The position numbers were made by a program, and so were the translations under genes. Below the pieces are notes generated by a model. The model was not told where the DNA came from and did not search any database. It saw nothing but the letters and a program-made list of their open reading frames with translations. A stretch of 64,000 nucleotides of DNA, taken from NCBI RefSeq assembly GCF_004010195.1, contig NC_057718.1:20604223-20668222 (forward strand). The letters run 5' to 3'. Shown here one piece after another: positions 12,621 through 25,123 of the stretch. Every line of letters begins with the position of its first letter. Positions within the stretch are counted from its first letter, which is position 1. Source of the DNA: Chiloscyllium plagiosum. Lineage: Eukaryota.

Positions 12621-13849
12621 TTTAGTGTCTTTGAATAGTTTTCAAACAAAGGTATATAGATTGTTGATAAGCAAGTTAATGACAGGTGAGAATATGGAGT
12701 AAATGGATCAGCTTTGATCTTCTTGTATAACAGAACAGGCTTAAAGGGCCAAATGGTCCACTGCAGATCCAAATTCAATGTAGAAAACCTACCACCATGC
12801 ATTGTGTCCTTCTTTATGATGTTCTTTCAGAATGATCACTTGACCAGGTCAATCAATGCTGTTTTATCCTTCTAAAATCTCCAATATGCCCAACTTACAA
12901 ATATCATAGCATGAAATTTCAATTAAAAATACATCAATGTAAATCTGGCAAAATATTCAAAATGTTATTATTCTGTCCATTAGAAAGACTAACATTGGTT
13001 GCATGATTGATGTGCATTTGCTTGATGGTGTGGTGTCACATCTAAACACACCACAAATTGGAAAGAAAATGGTTGGTACTATAAATATTTTGATGATCTG
13101 TCACCTACTGTTTCTATTAGAAAATGATTTATTGTATTTAAATACAGATATCAGGTGGTTCAGTGCCTTCTTTCCATTTAAATAGTTTTCAGAAATCATT
13201 GTGGTCATATAACACTTCATATATTCTAGAAGATTTACTAATTTTAACTTTGATGTCAATACAACATGAGGCATGAAAGAAATAACAGTTACCCCTTAAA
13301 AGACACCTGACATTGAAATAGATTCCAATGTGGGGATAGTTCCTTGAAATGTGATCAGGAGATTTTTCACCAGTTTTGCTTTTCATATACCTGATATTTG
13401 AACTGAAGACATAATGGACGCACTCACAAACCCTCATGTGTTAATACCATGTATCCATCTACAGTATACATATTTCCTGGTTGACATTTAATGTTGGAAT
13501 ACCAAAGAATCTTGTTGCAGATTGTAGTGTTAATTATGATATTGATTAACGTTCCATAGTCGATAGGTTAGTTTCTATTGAAAACGTGTACTTGCTTAAA
13601 CCAATAAGGAACTGAAGATTTAAACTGCTAGTTCTGCATCATTCTCTGACCAGGGAAAACAATGTTTGGATGTGTGCTTTGATGCAAGAACACACATTGG
13701 CCAGAATTCTCTTCCATGACTCTCCCTAAAATCATCAGATTGTGACAAATAATGAGGGAAAATGAGGCCCATAGTTACATGGTTCTACGAGGGTGCATAT
13801 TTTTAATTCAGTAATTATATACAGGTGATCAGAGGTTATAAGATTAAAA

Positions 13850-15750
13850 ATGCAAACTTCAATATAACTTTTCAGCGATTTGACAACTCATCCTGATCTG
13901 GTGATGGTGTAACTAGCTGTTCATGGTTGCTTTTGGTTGACAACTTAGTTGTCTCATTGCTGGCTACTGTTGTTCAAGATCACTGCACAATCATTTTCAG
14001 ATTTTTCTTCCTCACTCTCTTCATGCATGTTTGATGTGTTGCATGTTGGTCTGAACTGGCCTCTGTTTCTTTGCAATGTTGTACCAAGATGTAATGACAT
14101 AGTACAATCTGGCCCGGTTGCTTCTCACTGGATTTTAGACTCACAGTCTCTGCCTGGTGCATCTGATGGTTCACTACCTGATCACTGGACATATATATCT
14201 TTCATTCTCCTCTGTCATTGAAGAATATCTTGTGTCACAGAAGGTTAGATAATTGGTTGTTAGGTAACATTATTTGCACTTGCCTTCTGAACATTAGCTA
14301 TGCTCATGATGTAGTCCCTTCTCTATTGGTATTGTCTGAGAATGCTGCAATGCAAAAATCTTGTTTTGTTGCTCATAATTTAATGATCACTGATTTGATT
14401 TGTACGTAACATAGGTTCTGCTAAACTGTTTAAGTGATAACAGTGTGATATGGATCACTTCCCACTAAGCACGTCTTGAAATGGATTGCCAGTGAACTGC
14501 ACTCCATTATCAGACTCCATCTGATCTGGAGCACTAGATAAGCTGAAAATAGTGGTCATCATTCTCATGATGGTTGCACTTGTTGTGAGTTGTCAAGCAA
14601 TGGGAAATTTAATGAAGTAATATATTCCAGTGACGTAATCTTTCATGGGCACTGTGATTAAAGCTGTTACTATCTTCATCCAAGAACTGAATGGAACATT
14701 ATGCAGATGTACAGGCTTCCAACTCTGCTGATACATTTGACATGCCTTCCATGCAGTCACAAGTCATTGGACATCCCAATTCACCCCTGGCTACTGCACA
14801 GATATACACATTAGTCTTCTTGTGTGTTCAATACACATGTCCCTGATGTAACATGTTCATGATATCCTAATGCAAATTCTCTGGTATCAGAATTTGTTAA
14901 CCCTTGAAAATGACTTGCAATTGTAAACCAAGTTTATCTCTGTATGGTCAAAATGAACTTGATAAAGAGTATTTATCTCCATACCATCATAGTTTTTAGC
15001 ATTATCCAGAGTCCTTTGTCCATAAATTGTGAACTCTCCTTTCTCCTCTAACATCTTTCCCCTACTTTCACTTCTGCAATTTTGTATTAAGAGCTGTTCA
15101 AGAAAAGGCCACAAGACTCAAAGTGTTAACTCTGTTTTCTCTCCTCAGATGCTGCCAGATCTGCTGATTTCTCTAGCAATGTATGTTTTTGTGGTTTGTT
15201 TCAGATCTTCAGCATCCTCAATTCTTAGTTTTATTTTAACCTACTCAATGTGTTTGTATACATTCTTAACACTTTATTTGCTGCCAGCATTATGGTGTTG
15301 TGCCCTACTTATTGGTCACCTACATTTCGTTCAGATGTCTAGCCTGGCCTTTGGAACCAGAACCTACACATGCATGGCCAGTTGTCCCTTCGTGCTTCAT
15401 GCTTTGCAGAAAAGCTGAACGGTTTTCACATAGGTACTACAAATCACATTTGTTACAGATTCTGTTGGTTTGCTATACATTGTTGATAATAGCAATAATG
15501 TTGGCCACACGTAAATCATATAATTGTTTTTGGCCTGCCATTATGGTTTTTGGTTGCATCCATTTTCAAACAAGACACCAATAGTATGGCCCTTTTATGT
15601 GTCCTGAAAATTCTTTCTGAAGACTTCAGTATGTATACCAATTTGAGGAGCATTTCTGAGAGTGCCACTTCAGACAAGTTATGCACATGCCCTAAGATGT
15701 GAAATCTTCCAACAAACTTGTCAATAGACTCCTGGGATTTCTGCCTGTAT
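13850..15750 (-). pseudogene. Decayed Mag-like (K02A2.6-type) Ty3/gypsy gag-pol relic
   Basis: Manual minus-strand translation: MLHQGH..KACQ (integrase H2C2, ~14730-14865), PDQMESDNGVQFTGNPF (~14480-14530), TTLQRNRGQF (~14050-14085), TITRSG*VVKS terminus (~13875-13910), weak CCHC knuckle near 15370-15430. Confidence 0.7.
15093..15232 (+). mobile_element. Penelope pLTR fragment with decayed hammerhead
   Basis: GTTAACTCTGTTTTCTCTCCTCAGATGCTGCCAGATCTGCTG matches 17470-17542. Confidence 0.65.
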
Positions 15751-15804
15751 GATGTCTGTAAATCCTAAATTTAATTTTTACCTTGAGATGGTCTTTGTGT
15801 ATAT

Positions 15805-16112
15805 TCATAGAATCCCTACAGGGTGGAAACAAGCCATTTGGCCCAACAAATCCATGCCAACCCTCCAAAGAGTGCTCCACCCTATTACTCTATGCTTCTA
15901 ACTAACACACCTAGCCTACACATCCCTGAACACTATAGCATAGCCAATTCATCTAACCTACACATTTTGGACTGTGGGAGGAAACTGGAACACCCAGAGA
16001 AAACCCACGCAGACACAGGGAGAATGTGCAAACTCCAGACAGGGATTGGAATTGAACCTGGTTCCCTGGTGCTGTGAGGCAGCAGTGCTAACCACTGAGC
16101 CACCATGCCGCC
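15805..16112 (-). mobile_element. HE1 SINE, full length
   Basis: A box TGGCTCAGTGG, B box GGTTCAATTCC, V domain and HER1-like tail. Confidence 0.9.
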
Positions 16113-16645
16113 TGGATTTTTCTAATCAAACCATAGATAGGCTAGGTTAATTCATTCTACGATGTCCCTTATTGATGATGGCAAGCACGATTTTCAGAGC
16201 TCTCTTCTTAGAATTGTTAATCTCTTGATCTATAAATAAAATAGCATACTTTGCTTGGATAACTGCAGTCCAATAAAGATATCATTGGCTCCCCATTCCA
16301 TAATTAAGTGTTTGCCTTCCATTTCTCATGAAAGTTCTTAACCATTTTTGATGTACAGTGCAGTGTTAGCTTGTCTATTTGAATTATTTTGCTTTTTGCT
16401 TCCTTTTCATTCACATCCAGAGCATCATTAACTGCCATATCCAACACCTCCAATGAGATGCTACCAGCAGATACGTATTTCCCCTCCCCTCTTTTATCAA
16501 CCTTCTGCAAGGACCATTTCTTCCAGAACACACTGGTCCACTCCTCCTTTGCTCCCAACACATCCTCACCCCTCACCACAGTCCCATAACACCTTCCCCT
16601 GCAACCATAGAAGGTGTAATATGCCCCCCTCCTCAGATTCCAAGG

Positions 16646-16872
16646 GTCAAAAAGTATGGTGCTGGAAAAGCACAGCCAGTAAGGCACAATCCGAGGATCA
16701 GGAAAGTCGCCTTTTCGAGCATAAGTTCTTCATCAGGAATGTGATGAAGATGTGATCATTCCTGATGAAATGTTGACCCTCCTTCTCCCTGGATGCTGCC
16801 TGACCAGTTGTGCCTTTCCAGCACCACACTCGTCAATTCTGATCTCCAGCATCTGCAGTCCTCACTTTCTCC
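16646..16872 (+). mobile_element. Fold-back pLTR element nested in the Penelope copy
   Basis: Inverted arms with two opposed ATTCCTGATGAA cores (16729-16740 minus; ~16758-16770 plus), both decayed, plus one-sided tail TCTGATCTCCAGCATCTGCAGTCCTCACTTTCTCC. Confidence 0.8.
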
Positions 16873-17439
16873 CAGTATCTAAGGGCTCAAACACACTTTC
16901 CAAGTGAAGCAATGCTTTACTTGCACTTCACACAATCTAGTCTACTGCATTTGCTCTTCAAATGTGATCTCCTCTATACTGGGGAAACGAAGCATAAACA
17001 ATGCTTTGTAGAACACTTGTGTTCTGCTTGCAAAAGAAATGCTGAGCTTCTAGTTGCCTGCCACTTCAACATACCACCTTGTTCTCTAGCCAACATCTCT
17101 GTCTCAGACTTGCTGCAGTGATCCTGTGAAATTCAGCACAAGCTGGAAGAACAGCACTTCATTTTCCACTTGGGAAATCTGCAGCCTTCTAAACATAATA
17201 TTGAGTTCAGCATCATCTTGCATGTCCTTTCCCCAACCCCCCCCCCCACACACGGCCCATTGTTAGCCATTAATAGTCCCAATTAGTAGCTATGCATTCT
17301 CCTAGGCTGACCATTATCCAGTCCTTTGTCTGTCCAACTGTTCATTTCTCTTTTTAGGTTCTATTTCCACCTATTGTTTACTCCTTGCCCCTTCCCCCCA
17401 CCCTATAATTATGAATAAAAAATTTTCCTGGCTACCATC

Positions 17440-17478
17440 GGTTCTGAGGAAGGGTCACTAGACCTGAAATATTAACTC
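17440..17478 (+). ncRNA. Minimal hammerhead ribozyme (subfamily B), possibly still foldable
   Basis: GGUU-CUGAGGA-A-GGGUC-ACUA-GACCU-GAAA-UA-UU-AACU; stem III AUAU remains self-complementary. Confidence 0.55.
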
Positions 17479-18289
17479 TGATTTCTCTCCACACATGCTG
17501 CTAGACCTGTAGAGCATTTCCAGCAATTTCTGTCTTTGTTTCCCATAGAATCTTACCTTCGAAGACAGCTGCAAAACTGAGGAGAATTAAAGTGAATTCT
17601 AGATGTTTGCTGTATATATTTGGGTTAGTCTCAAGAGAAGCAAAAATATAAATGATAGTGTGAAGTTAACAGTGCTTACCTTGTTTAAATCTTTTAATAA
17701 GCAATTAAGTTTGTTTTTGTTTAACATTTTTAAACCTTCTGTTGTTTAGTTGTTTGTTTGGTGTTTGGATTTAAACATTAACAGTCCCAAACAGTAAGCC
17801 TTGTAAATTCTGGGCTAATACAGAAAAGCTGCAAAGTATTGGTTGGTGGATTTTTTAGGGAAGAAAATGACAACTCCAATCGGATCTGGCCCACATGTTA
17901 CTTCAGTTCATTGTAAACATTGGCTTTTAATGCCCTCTGAAGCCATTACACAGTTGTACAAATTAGTCACTGTAAAGTGGAAGGCCCATCACAACAGGAG
18001 GCTGGTTTGTAGGCCTTTATCAATCCCAACCCCCACATCTCACTCAAAACGTTTCAAGTCAAATAGGGATTGGAAATGCTTGGACTGGTTGGGCAGAATG
18101 ATATGTTGCTATGCTATTTATGCATTGTATTCTACATATAAATGTCCCTCGAGGTCCATGCCTAGTCATTACTAAAACCCAGCTCTGCACCTGAAGGAGA
18201 GTGATAATGCACTTGGTGCAAAATTAAAGTAGTGTGCAATCGACTGTTGGTGTGGTCTCTCACGTATCAGCTTTAGTACACACAGCATC

Positions 18290-18432
18290 ACATTAGGAGC
18301 AGATGTAGACTACTCAGCCTATTGAGTCTGTTCCGCCACCCAATAAGTTCATGGCTGTTCTGATAATCTTCAGCTGTACTTTCCTGCCATTTTCCCATCA
18401 CCCTTAATTCCTCACTGATTAAAAATCTATCT
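18290..18432 (-). mobile_element. CR1 LINE 3' end interrupted by an L1-like element
   Basis: TTAGGAGCAGATGTAG..CATGGCTG..CTGATTAAAAATCTATCT; further CR1-like sequence resumes at ~19850-20470. Confidence 0.65.
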
Positions 18433-19800
18433 GAGGGGATCCAAGATGGCGGCGAACTGAAAAGTCTGTCTTGCTGAGATTTGCACCCTAACCCAGTGGT
18501 GTTTTTGTCCCCCCACCCACTTAAGTTTTTTTTTGCAAAAAATCATTGTTCAACAGTTGTGGAACCGTTAAAATCTTGTTTTGATAAGAGAGGATGACTA
18601 AAGGGAAATGTTTGATTAGGTCCCAACACATGGAACATTTGCCGATGGCATTGGGCACGCCCGCGACTACAACTGCGACCGCAGCTGCGATGGAATCACC
18701 TACACAACAGACCATGGCTCTAGAATTCGTGAAGCTCCGAGTGATGATCAAGGCAACAATCGAGGAGATGCATACTCAGTTGGAGCCGATTGCGGCCATG
18801 CTGCACAAGCATGAGAAAGAGCCTGATGGACTCGGAAAGTGGATGGAACAGGTCTTCCGGCAAACTGCAACGTCGGAGACTGTAATCCGAGTCCTTGGCA
18901 GAGCAGATCCCGTCCCTCGAGAAACAGTTCTGGGCCTTAACCAAACAGGTCAATGACCTTGAAAATAGAGGTAAGAGAAAGAATATCCGTGTTGTTGGGC
19001 TGCTGGAGGGAGTGGCAGGCAAGCAGCCTTTGAAGACTTACTGCCACAATTTCTTGGTTGGGATGCCGAGGTGGACTGGGTGAAGATTGCCAGAGTTCAC
19101 CAAGTTACGGTGCGCAGGTCTGGCACAGACCAACGCCCCGCCCGGTCTTGGTGTGATTCCAGTGCGACAGGGACAAGCAGAGAGATGTGGAAGCTTCCAG
19201 AATGCTGGGGAAGGATCCACAGGCTTTGATTTATGCGTGATCCAGGATAATGTTCTTCCAGGACTTTTCTGCGGCCGTTATCTGTAAAAGGAAGTCATTT
19301 GATGAGGTTAAAACAAAACTGTGGGACCTTGGTATTCAATACTCTGTAAAGTACCTGGTGATGCTTTGTTTTATTCATGAGGGGTCTGCATGATCAGTTG
19401 ATTCCTTTGAAAAAGTGAAAAACTTTCTGGACACTTTAAAATAGACTGAATGGACTAAAGGATATGAACTAAAGGATATGAACAATAATGTTTTTTCCTT
19501 TACTTTCTGTACTTCTATCTTTTTCTTAAGGAAAGTTTTATTGGGTATTTTTTTCCGATGTTAATTGATGTTACTGCATAGTTGAGGATGGGCTCATCCT
19601 TTTTTTATTTATTTGTTTATATTATCCTTTTTTTCTGTTTTTCTTTTACTTGGGTTTGGGGTGCAACTCAATTCATTTGGCTCTTTTTTCAGGTTACAAG
19701 ATCAATTTTTCAAAATCGGAGACAAGGCCAATGGGGGGTTTTTAGGGTATACCCGACGTTAAGGGCGAATCATGGTTTCCCTTTAAGTTTTGTCACTCAC
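18433..19800 (+). mobile_element. L1-clade LINE: 5' UTR, frameshifted ORF1, T-rich spacer; ORF2 absent
   Basis: Starts GAGGGGATCCAAGATGGCGG (YY1-like); ORF1 from ATG 18594 with coiled coil, DLENRGKRKNIRVVGLLEG, FFQDFSAAVICKRKSF and stop at ~19444. Confidence 0.85.
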
Positions 19801-19849
19801 TTAACCTGTCTGTATCCCTCTGTAGACTCTTTGTGTCATTCTCATCATT

Positions 19850-20470
19850 AGTTTTTCACCCATTTTTGTCTCATCCACAAATCTGCTGATAGTACATTCA
19901 CTTCCATCATATTATAACTGTTGTCCAGCACGGATCCCTAAGGCACTTCATTAATTACTTTATCACAGTTCACAATTAGCTCATATACTACTCCCAATGC
20001 CATCAGCTCTTAGCTTATCAAGGAGACTTATGTGTAGTACCTTATCAAATGCATTTTGGAAATGCAAATCTATTACATCCACTGGTTTCCCCTTTATCCA
20101 TCCAGTTTGTTACCTCCTCAAAGAACTCTTAATAAATTTGTCAAGCATGATTTCTACTCCATGAAGCTGTGTTAACACTATTTGATTTTATTAAGTATTT
20201 CTAAATGATCTGCTATTACATCCATTTTAATAACATCCCACTACAGTTATTAGGTTAACTGGCCTATAGTATGGTTTCTTTTTGTCTTCCTTTTTGAATA
20301 AGGGAGTTATGTTGGCAGTTTTCCAATTCTGCAATTCTCTGACACTTGTCCAGAATATAAGATTCTTGGAATATTACTACCGGTGCATCTACTAACTAGT
20401 TCCTTTTAAATCTTATGATGCAACCTATCCAGGGAATCTGTTGATCTTTAGCTCCATTAGTTTCACCAGT
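19850..20470 (-). mobile_element. CR1 LINE RT-region fragment, decayed
   Basis: CCTTATCAAATGCATTTTGGAAA, GTCAAGCATGATTT and GTTAACTGGCCTATAGT are reverse complements of RT motifs (FQxAFDKV, SCLTN, YRPVxL). Confidence 0.7.
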
Positions 20471-22224
20471 GATAGTTATTATGATTATTTCCTCATAGAT
20501 CAGGTGACCATTGATAGGTATTATGATTAATTCCTCTTAGATCAGATGAACTGAATTATTTGTTTCTGTGCTGTAGATTTAATGTAATTTATGTAACATT
20601 TTGCAGTCTGGAGCATCATAGAACAGCCTTACCAAAACCCAGTTACAAAAAATGGTTAACATTGCGACAAATGAATTAGTGCAACTTGAGGTAAAGCCAC
20701 ATATGTTGAATTTAGGTTGATGATATCAGACCACCTTCAAGAGTACTTCACACATGTACCTTGGCTGGACATTGACCACAAAATGAAGTGTGTTGTTCTT
20801 TTTAAGGTGAAAATGTTTCAAATGCCAGTTTTAGTCTTAATTAAGCTACCAGACTGCCCTATCTACTCTTTGCTAACATGAAAATATAACCGATATTGGA
20901 AGCCTCTATTTTATCTTGCAGGTCATGTGAAGAATATAACAGGAATGTGTTCAGAGGAAGCAGGAATGAACCTAAAATCTATTTTTGTAGCATAGCTCTG
21001 CCCCAAGATTTAACTTCAACACTATATTTAAAATCAAATTTCACTCTGTGAATCAACAAACTAAAGTTCAGTGATGGGGAAAATAAACAGCAGGAATTAC
21101 AATGTGTGTTTTCAGGCATCTAAAGAGTATCAGTAATCTGTGAACAGGGATTGTTAGAATCAGCGACCCTTCAAAAGTTTTATTGATCCAACACAAATTT
21201 TTCTTGAAATTTCCCCAGACTTCATCACACCCAACTGGAAAAATCTATCATCCTGATGCACTTCCCAAAGGAGGTTGCAGTTATAGATCCAATACATACA
21301 GTGCGCACTGTAATTCTTGCTGCAGGAACTTGAGCTCCACACAGGTGGAGCCATACTTGGTACATGATTGAAACATGCTTGAACTCTTGATATAATTCAA
21401 TGTTTGGTGACTGCTGCTGTATAGATTAAATATTACAAACCTAACTTGGAATCAGAGTATTTGCAAGTTATAAAAAATCATATTTGTAGCTAAAGACTGC
21501 CCATTGTTCTGGAATGGTCTGAATGTTTCAAATAATTAATGGGCTACCTATGATTATATCAGAAAGATTGTTAATAAAGATCTTGTCCAAGTCTTATTTA
21601 TCATAAGTTTTTGGAATCATTTTAACCATGCATTTTAATCTTTGTCAATTTCAGCATAGTATTCCATGTTCTTTGTTTTCGTGTGCCTCTTCCTTCACCT
21701 CCTTCTTTCTTGCTCCTTCACTTATTTCACATTTTCCTTTTTCTCCTCCTTTGGTCCTTCTTTCTTCTCTCACAAAGCAGTGACTCTGGGTTATACAAGG
21801 GGAATGAATTTCAAGTTGAGAAGTTGTTTAGTTCCGGCCAGTGGGCAAGAAAGAGGCAAACTGCATAAGGCAGTTTGAAGGTGCATGGGATTAAATGGAT
21901 CATGATGACAGAGCACCTCAGTTTGTTTGCAAAGAGAAGGATTTTGGTTAGTTCTCTTTTGGGACATGGTTTTCCAGGGCTGGGGAAATCCAAGGGATGT
22001 ATAGAAATACGGTCGGAGGAGAAAGAATTGCAAGAGAGCACAATTAATCATTGGGGTAATATTGCTTGGGAGAAGGCAGATCTGGCATGAAGGCAGTAGT
22101 AATGTTGATCAGGAGGGAGATTTGGGATTGGCATTAAAGAAGCTGGTGAGGGAATGAATTGGAGCATTCCTCTGGAAGATGGGGCACAATGTGGGGATAC
22201 TTTATGTCAGCAATGAGAAGTAGT

Positions 22225-22505
22225 ACAAGAGCAGTGTAAGTACATCCACAGTGCTGTTACAGAGAGAGCCATTGAAAGAATGATTATATAAATTCCAAGT
22301 CAGAATGCTGTGCGATTTGGGAGGGAATTTGTGGGTGGCAATGTTCCCATGTGTCTCCTGCTTTTATCCTTTTAGGTGATAACATTTGCAGATTTGGAAG
22401 GTGCTGTTGAGGGAACCTTGGCAAGTTGCTGCAATGCATTGTGCAAATGGTATAAACTGCTGCCACTGTGTGCCAGTGGTAGAGGAATGAATATTTAAGG
22501 TGGAC
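22225..22505 (-). mobile_element. CR1/L2-group LINE 3' fragment
   Basis: Reverse-complement homology to 58640-58985. Confidence 0.7.
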
Positions 22506-22544
22506 ACTGTTATCTCTGGCTGTACCTTGCTGTTGTATCATCTA

Positions 22545-22738
22545 CTGGAAATGTGTTGCTGGAAAAGCGCAGCAGGTCAGGCAGCATCCAGGGAACAGGA
22601 GAATCGACGTTTCGGGCATAAGCCCTTATGCCCGAAACGTCGATTCTCCTGTTCCCTGGATGCTGCCTGACCTGCTGCGCTTTTCCAGCAACACATTTCC
22701 AGCTCTGATCTCCAGCATCTGCAGACCTCACTTTCTCC
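22545..22738 (+). mobile_element. Perfect fold-back Penelope pLTR micro-element with 14-bp TSD
   Basis: Identical 78-bp inverted arms (22545-22622 / 22625-22702), 36-bp one-sided tail, flanking TGTT(G/T)TATCATCTA at 22531-22544 and 22739-22752. Confidence 0.9.
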
Positions 22739-23276
22739 TGTTTTATCATCTAATCTAGACAAAGGAAGAAAAAAATCCTTATTCCTCGAGATAGCAGTCA
22801 TGGCAAAGGGAGGAAATCTAAAAACTGTACCAGATTGAACAACTCTGGAGCTCCTCCTAGAGGTTGAACTGACAATGGTATCAATTTTGACCTTTGAGCA
22901 TTTCAAAGTATGATCCTTTCTCGGCTTTTCTCTCCCTCTCTCACAGATCCAAGTGCTTATGATTAGGAGCTTAGAAGCCTGGAAGATCTATTACCCAAAC
23001 CCATCCCTAGCATTGATTAACCCTAGATTTCCCCAATATTAAATGCAGTATCTAAATCTTTAAATTACTAAAAGGAAACAGCCTCTGATTTATTTATTGA
23101 TAACTACTTGACACTGCTGCATTGCAATCTATAACATTTGGTGGAATGGTGGAAGGGTGGTATAAAGATTCACATTTGGCAATGATGTATTCACAATGGC
23201 ACAATAACAATGCCACGTAGATCATTGAATTACACCTCTAAAACAGCTTTGCCTGTAAAAGGAAGTGTTAACCTTT

Positions 23277-23372
23277 TTCCTAGCTCCCATCAGTTCTGAG
23301 GAAAGGTCACTGGACCTGAAACTGCCAGATGCTGCCAGACCTGCTGAGCTTTTCCAGCAACTTCTGTTTTAC
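23277..23372 (+). mobile_element. pLTR micro-insertion with partial hammerhead and 9-bp TSD
   Basis: CTGAGGA-A-AGGTC-ACTG-GACCT-GAAAC, cleavage triplet deleted; TTAACCTTT at 23268-23276 and 23373-23381. Confidence 0.75.
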
Positions 23373-23829
23373 TTAACCTTTGTGTTGCTTAATATGGCAT
23401 AAGGCTAATTGTCAAAGGGCTGGGTTATGCTGGTGGGAATATTCTTCCAGCTGTATCGATATAAGGCGTAGCACATTCTGGGTGCTTGCAACACCCAGAA
23501 AATACACAGATAATTCTACATGAAAACAACTTCATTCTTTTAACAATGTTTTCTGCATATGGTTTCAAAAATGCAGGAAATGTCTTCCTTTAATACTAAT
23601 TAAACTCTGCGTCAGTCAAATATATGAAATGAAGCACAGCTGGGGTAATACAATTGGCCTCTGTGTTTTTGGCTTAAAGAGAGGACAATCATCCAGAGTT
23701 CCCATTGCCTGATTGCTCCCAGTGCAGCTCTTTGCGCCAACATTTCAGGCTGTGAATGTCTGGTTGTTGGAAGAAGACAGAGTCAGATCCAGTTATGAAT
23801 TCCTCCCGTATTTGAATGTTTCACCATAA

Positions 23830-24107
23830 AACTGTAAAATGTAGACATGGTAGGCCATCCAGCCCATTATGACTACTCCACCAACTAATGAGATCATGGC
23901 TGATCTGATAATCCTCAACTTCACTTTCTTGTCTTTTCCTGTAACTCTTCATTCACTTACTGCCTCAAATATACTTAACGACACAGAGTCTACAGTCCTC
24001 TGTGAAAAATAATTCCAAAACTCAACGCCCTTAGCTCTATCCTAACTGGATGGCTCCTTACACTGAGATTATACTCGCTGGTCCTAGACTCTCCTACAAG
24101 GGGAAAC
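23830..24107 (-). mobile_element. CR1 LINE fragment, left half (split by LTR element)
   Basis: Joins ..ACAAGGGGAAAC to AACCTC..CCACCTTTCAAACCCCCTAAG at 30007-30230. Confidence 0.8.
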
Positions 24108-24933
24108 TGTTACGACACGGGGTAAACCATCCTGCTTAATTTAAACCAGCAACACAGAAAAGATATATCCCATGCCATAACCTGTGAAAATTTGAGAGGT
24201 CAAGAACTGTTTAAAGTAAAAATTAACAACTTTATTTCTTAAAGTATAACAGAGAATAATTAACTAACAACTATTTACAACTCCTTCCTTTAACCTATCT
24301 TTTATTTTCCCTTTCTCAATACTAGTCTGATAAAACTCCCGATTAAGATTTACTGAAAAATTCAAATTTCAAAACCAGCCAGTTCTCTAGATTTGCCCTC
24401 CAAGTCAGTGTTGATGTTATTGGACAGACACATGGATGTACATGAAATAGTGTAGGTGGGATGGGCTTCAGATTAGTATGACAGGGTGGCGCAACATCGA
24501 GGGCCGAAGGGCCTGTACTGCACTATTATGTTCTAAGTTCTATGTTCTATGTTCTCTGGGCAAACTGCTTCTCTAGACAGGTACCTCTCAGAGAGTTCTG
24601 ACTTGCAGCCTACATCTGTTGGTCTTTTGGCAGTCCTCCCCCAACTGTTCAATTTTTCTCAGTCTTATACACCTCAAGCATTGGATTGTGTCATTGGCTT
24701 TTAATATTGTCAATATACTCAATTCAAACTGGATTGGAGTTAGGTTTTTTTTGGGAGGTATAATTTAAACTGATTAGCCACATTCAAATTTGTTTTTGTC
24801 TCCAGACAACCAGCTACCCTAGCTGCTGAGCCACATGTTGCATTGTATCTTGTTCACAACATTTGGTGCTGTCAGGTAGTTAGGCTACCTTTTAACTCTC
24901 TTAAAGGTACAGTACACCCACATCTTCATAACA
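24108..24933 (-). repeat. 3' LTR (contains a CR1 tail insertion)
   Basis: Direct repeat of 29293-30002; TGTTACGAC..CTTCATAACA. Confidence 0.95.
24420..24553 (+). mobile_element. CR1/HER1 3' end inserted in the 3' LTR
   Basis: Absent from the other LTR; GGGCCGAAGGGCCTGTACTGC and (TATGTTC)n tail as in 34508-34600; possible ATGTT TSD. Confidence 0.85.
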
Positions 24934-25123
24934 CCTCCCGCCTTAAGAAAAAAATGAACTATCATAATGAAAAAATGGCTTCATTTTTTTCTTCTATTCT
25001 TTAAACACATTACCCTAACATACTGATACTGATAACCTTAATCTAAGTTCACCTTAACTTATTCCCATATAACTGTATATATAGAACATTAAATAAAGAT
25101 AAATCTCATTTAAACTTTATCTG

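Larger units (their letters stand above)
16398..17542 (+). mobile_element. Penelope-like element (Neptune-like), 5'-truncated: linker, GIY-YIG endonuclease, pLTR
   Basis: FPSPLLSTFCKDH..LVHS, TFPCNHRRCN Cys linker, CDLLYTGETK..FVEHL GIY-YIG motif; pLTR with hammerhead at 17440-17478. Confidence 0.85.

Noticed and set aside
16741..16766. C/D-box snoRNA-like GTGATGA..CTGA
   Set aside because: Too short; explained by the opposed hammerhead cores of the fold-back element.
20607..20690. Apparent AG..GT-bounded 84-bp exon
   Set aside because: Stops in all three frames and no compatible partner exon; a non-coding exon cannot be excluded but is unsupported.
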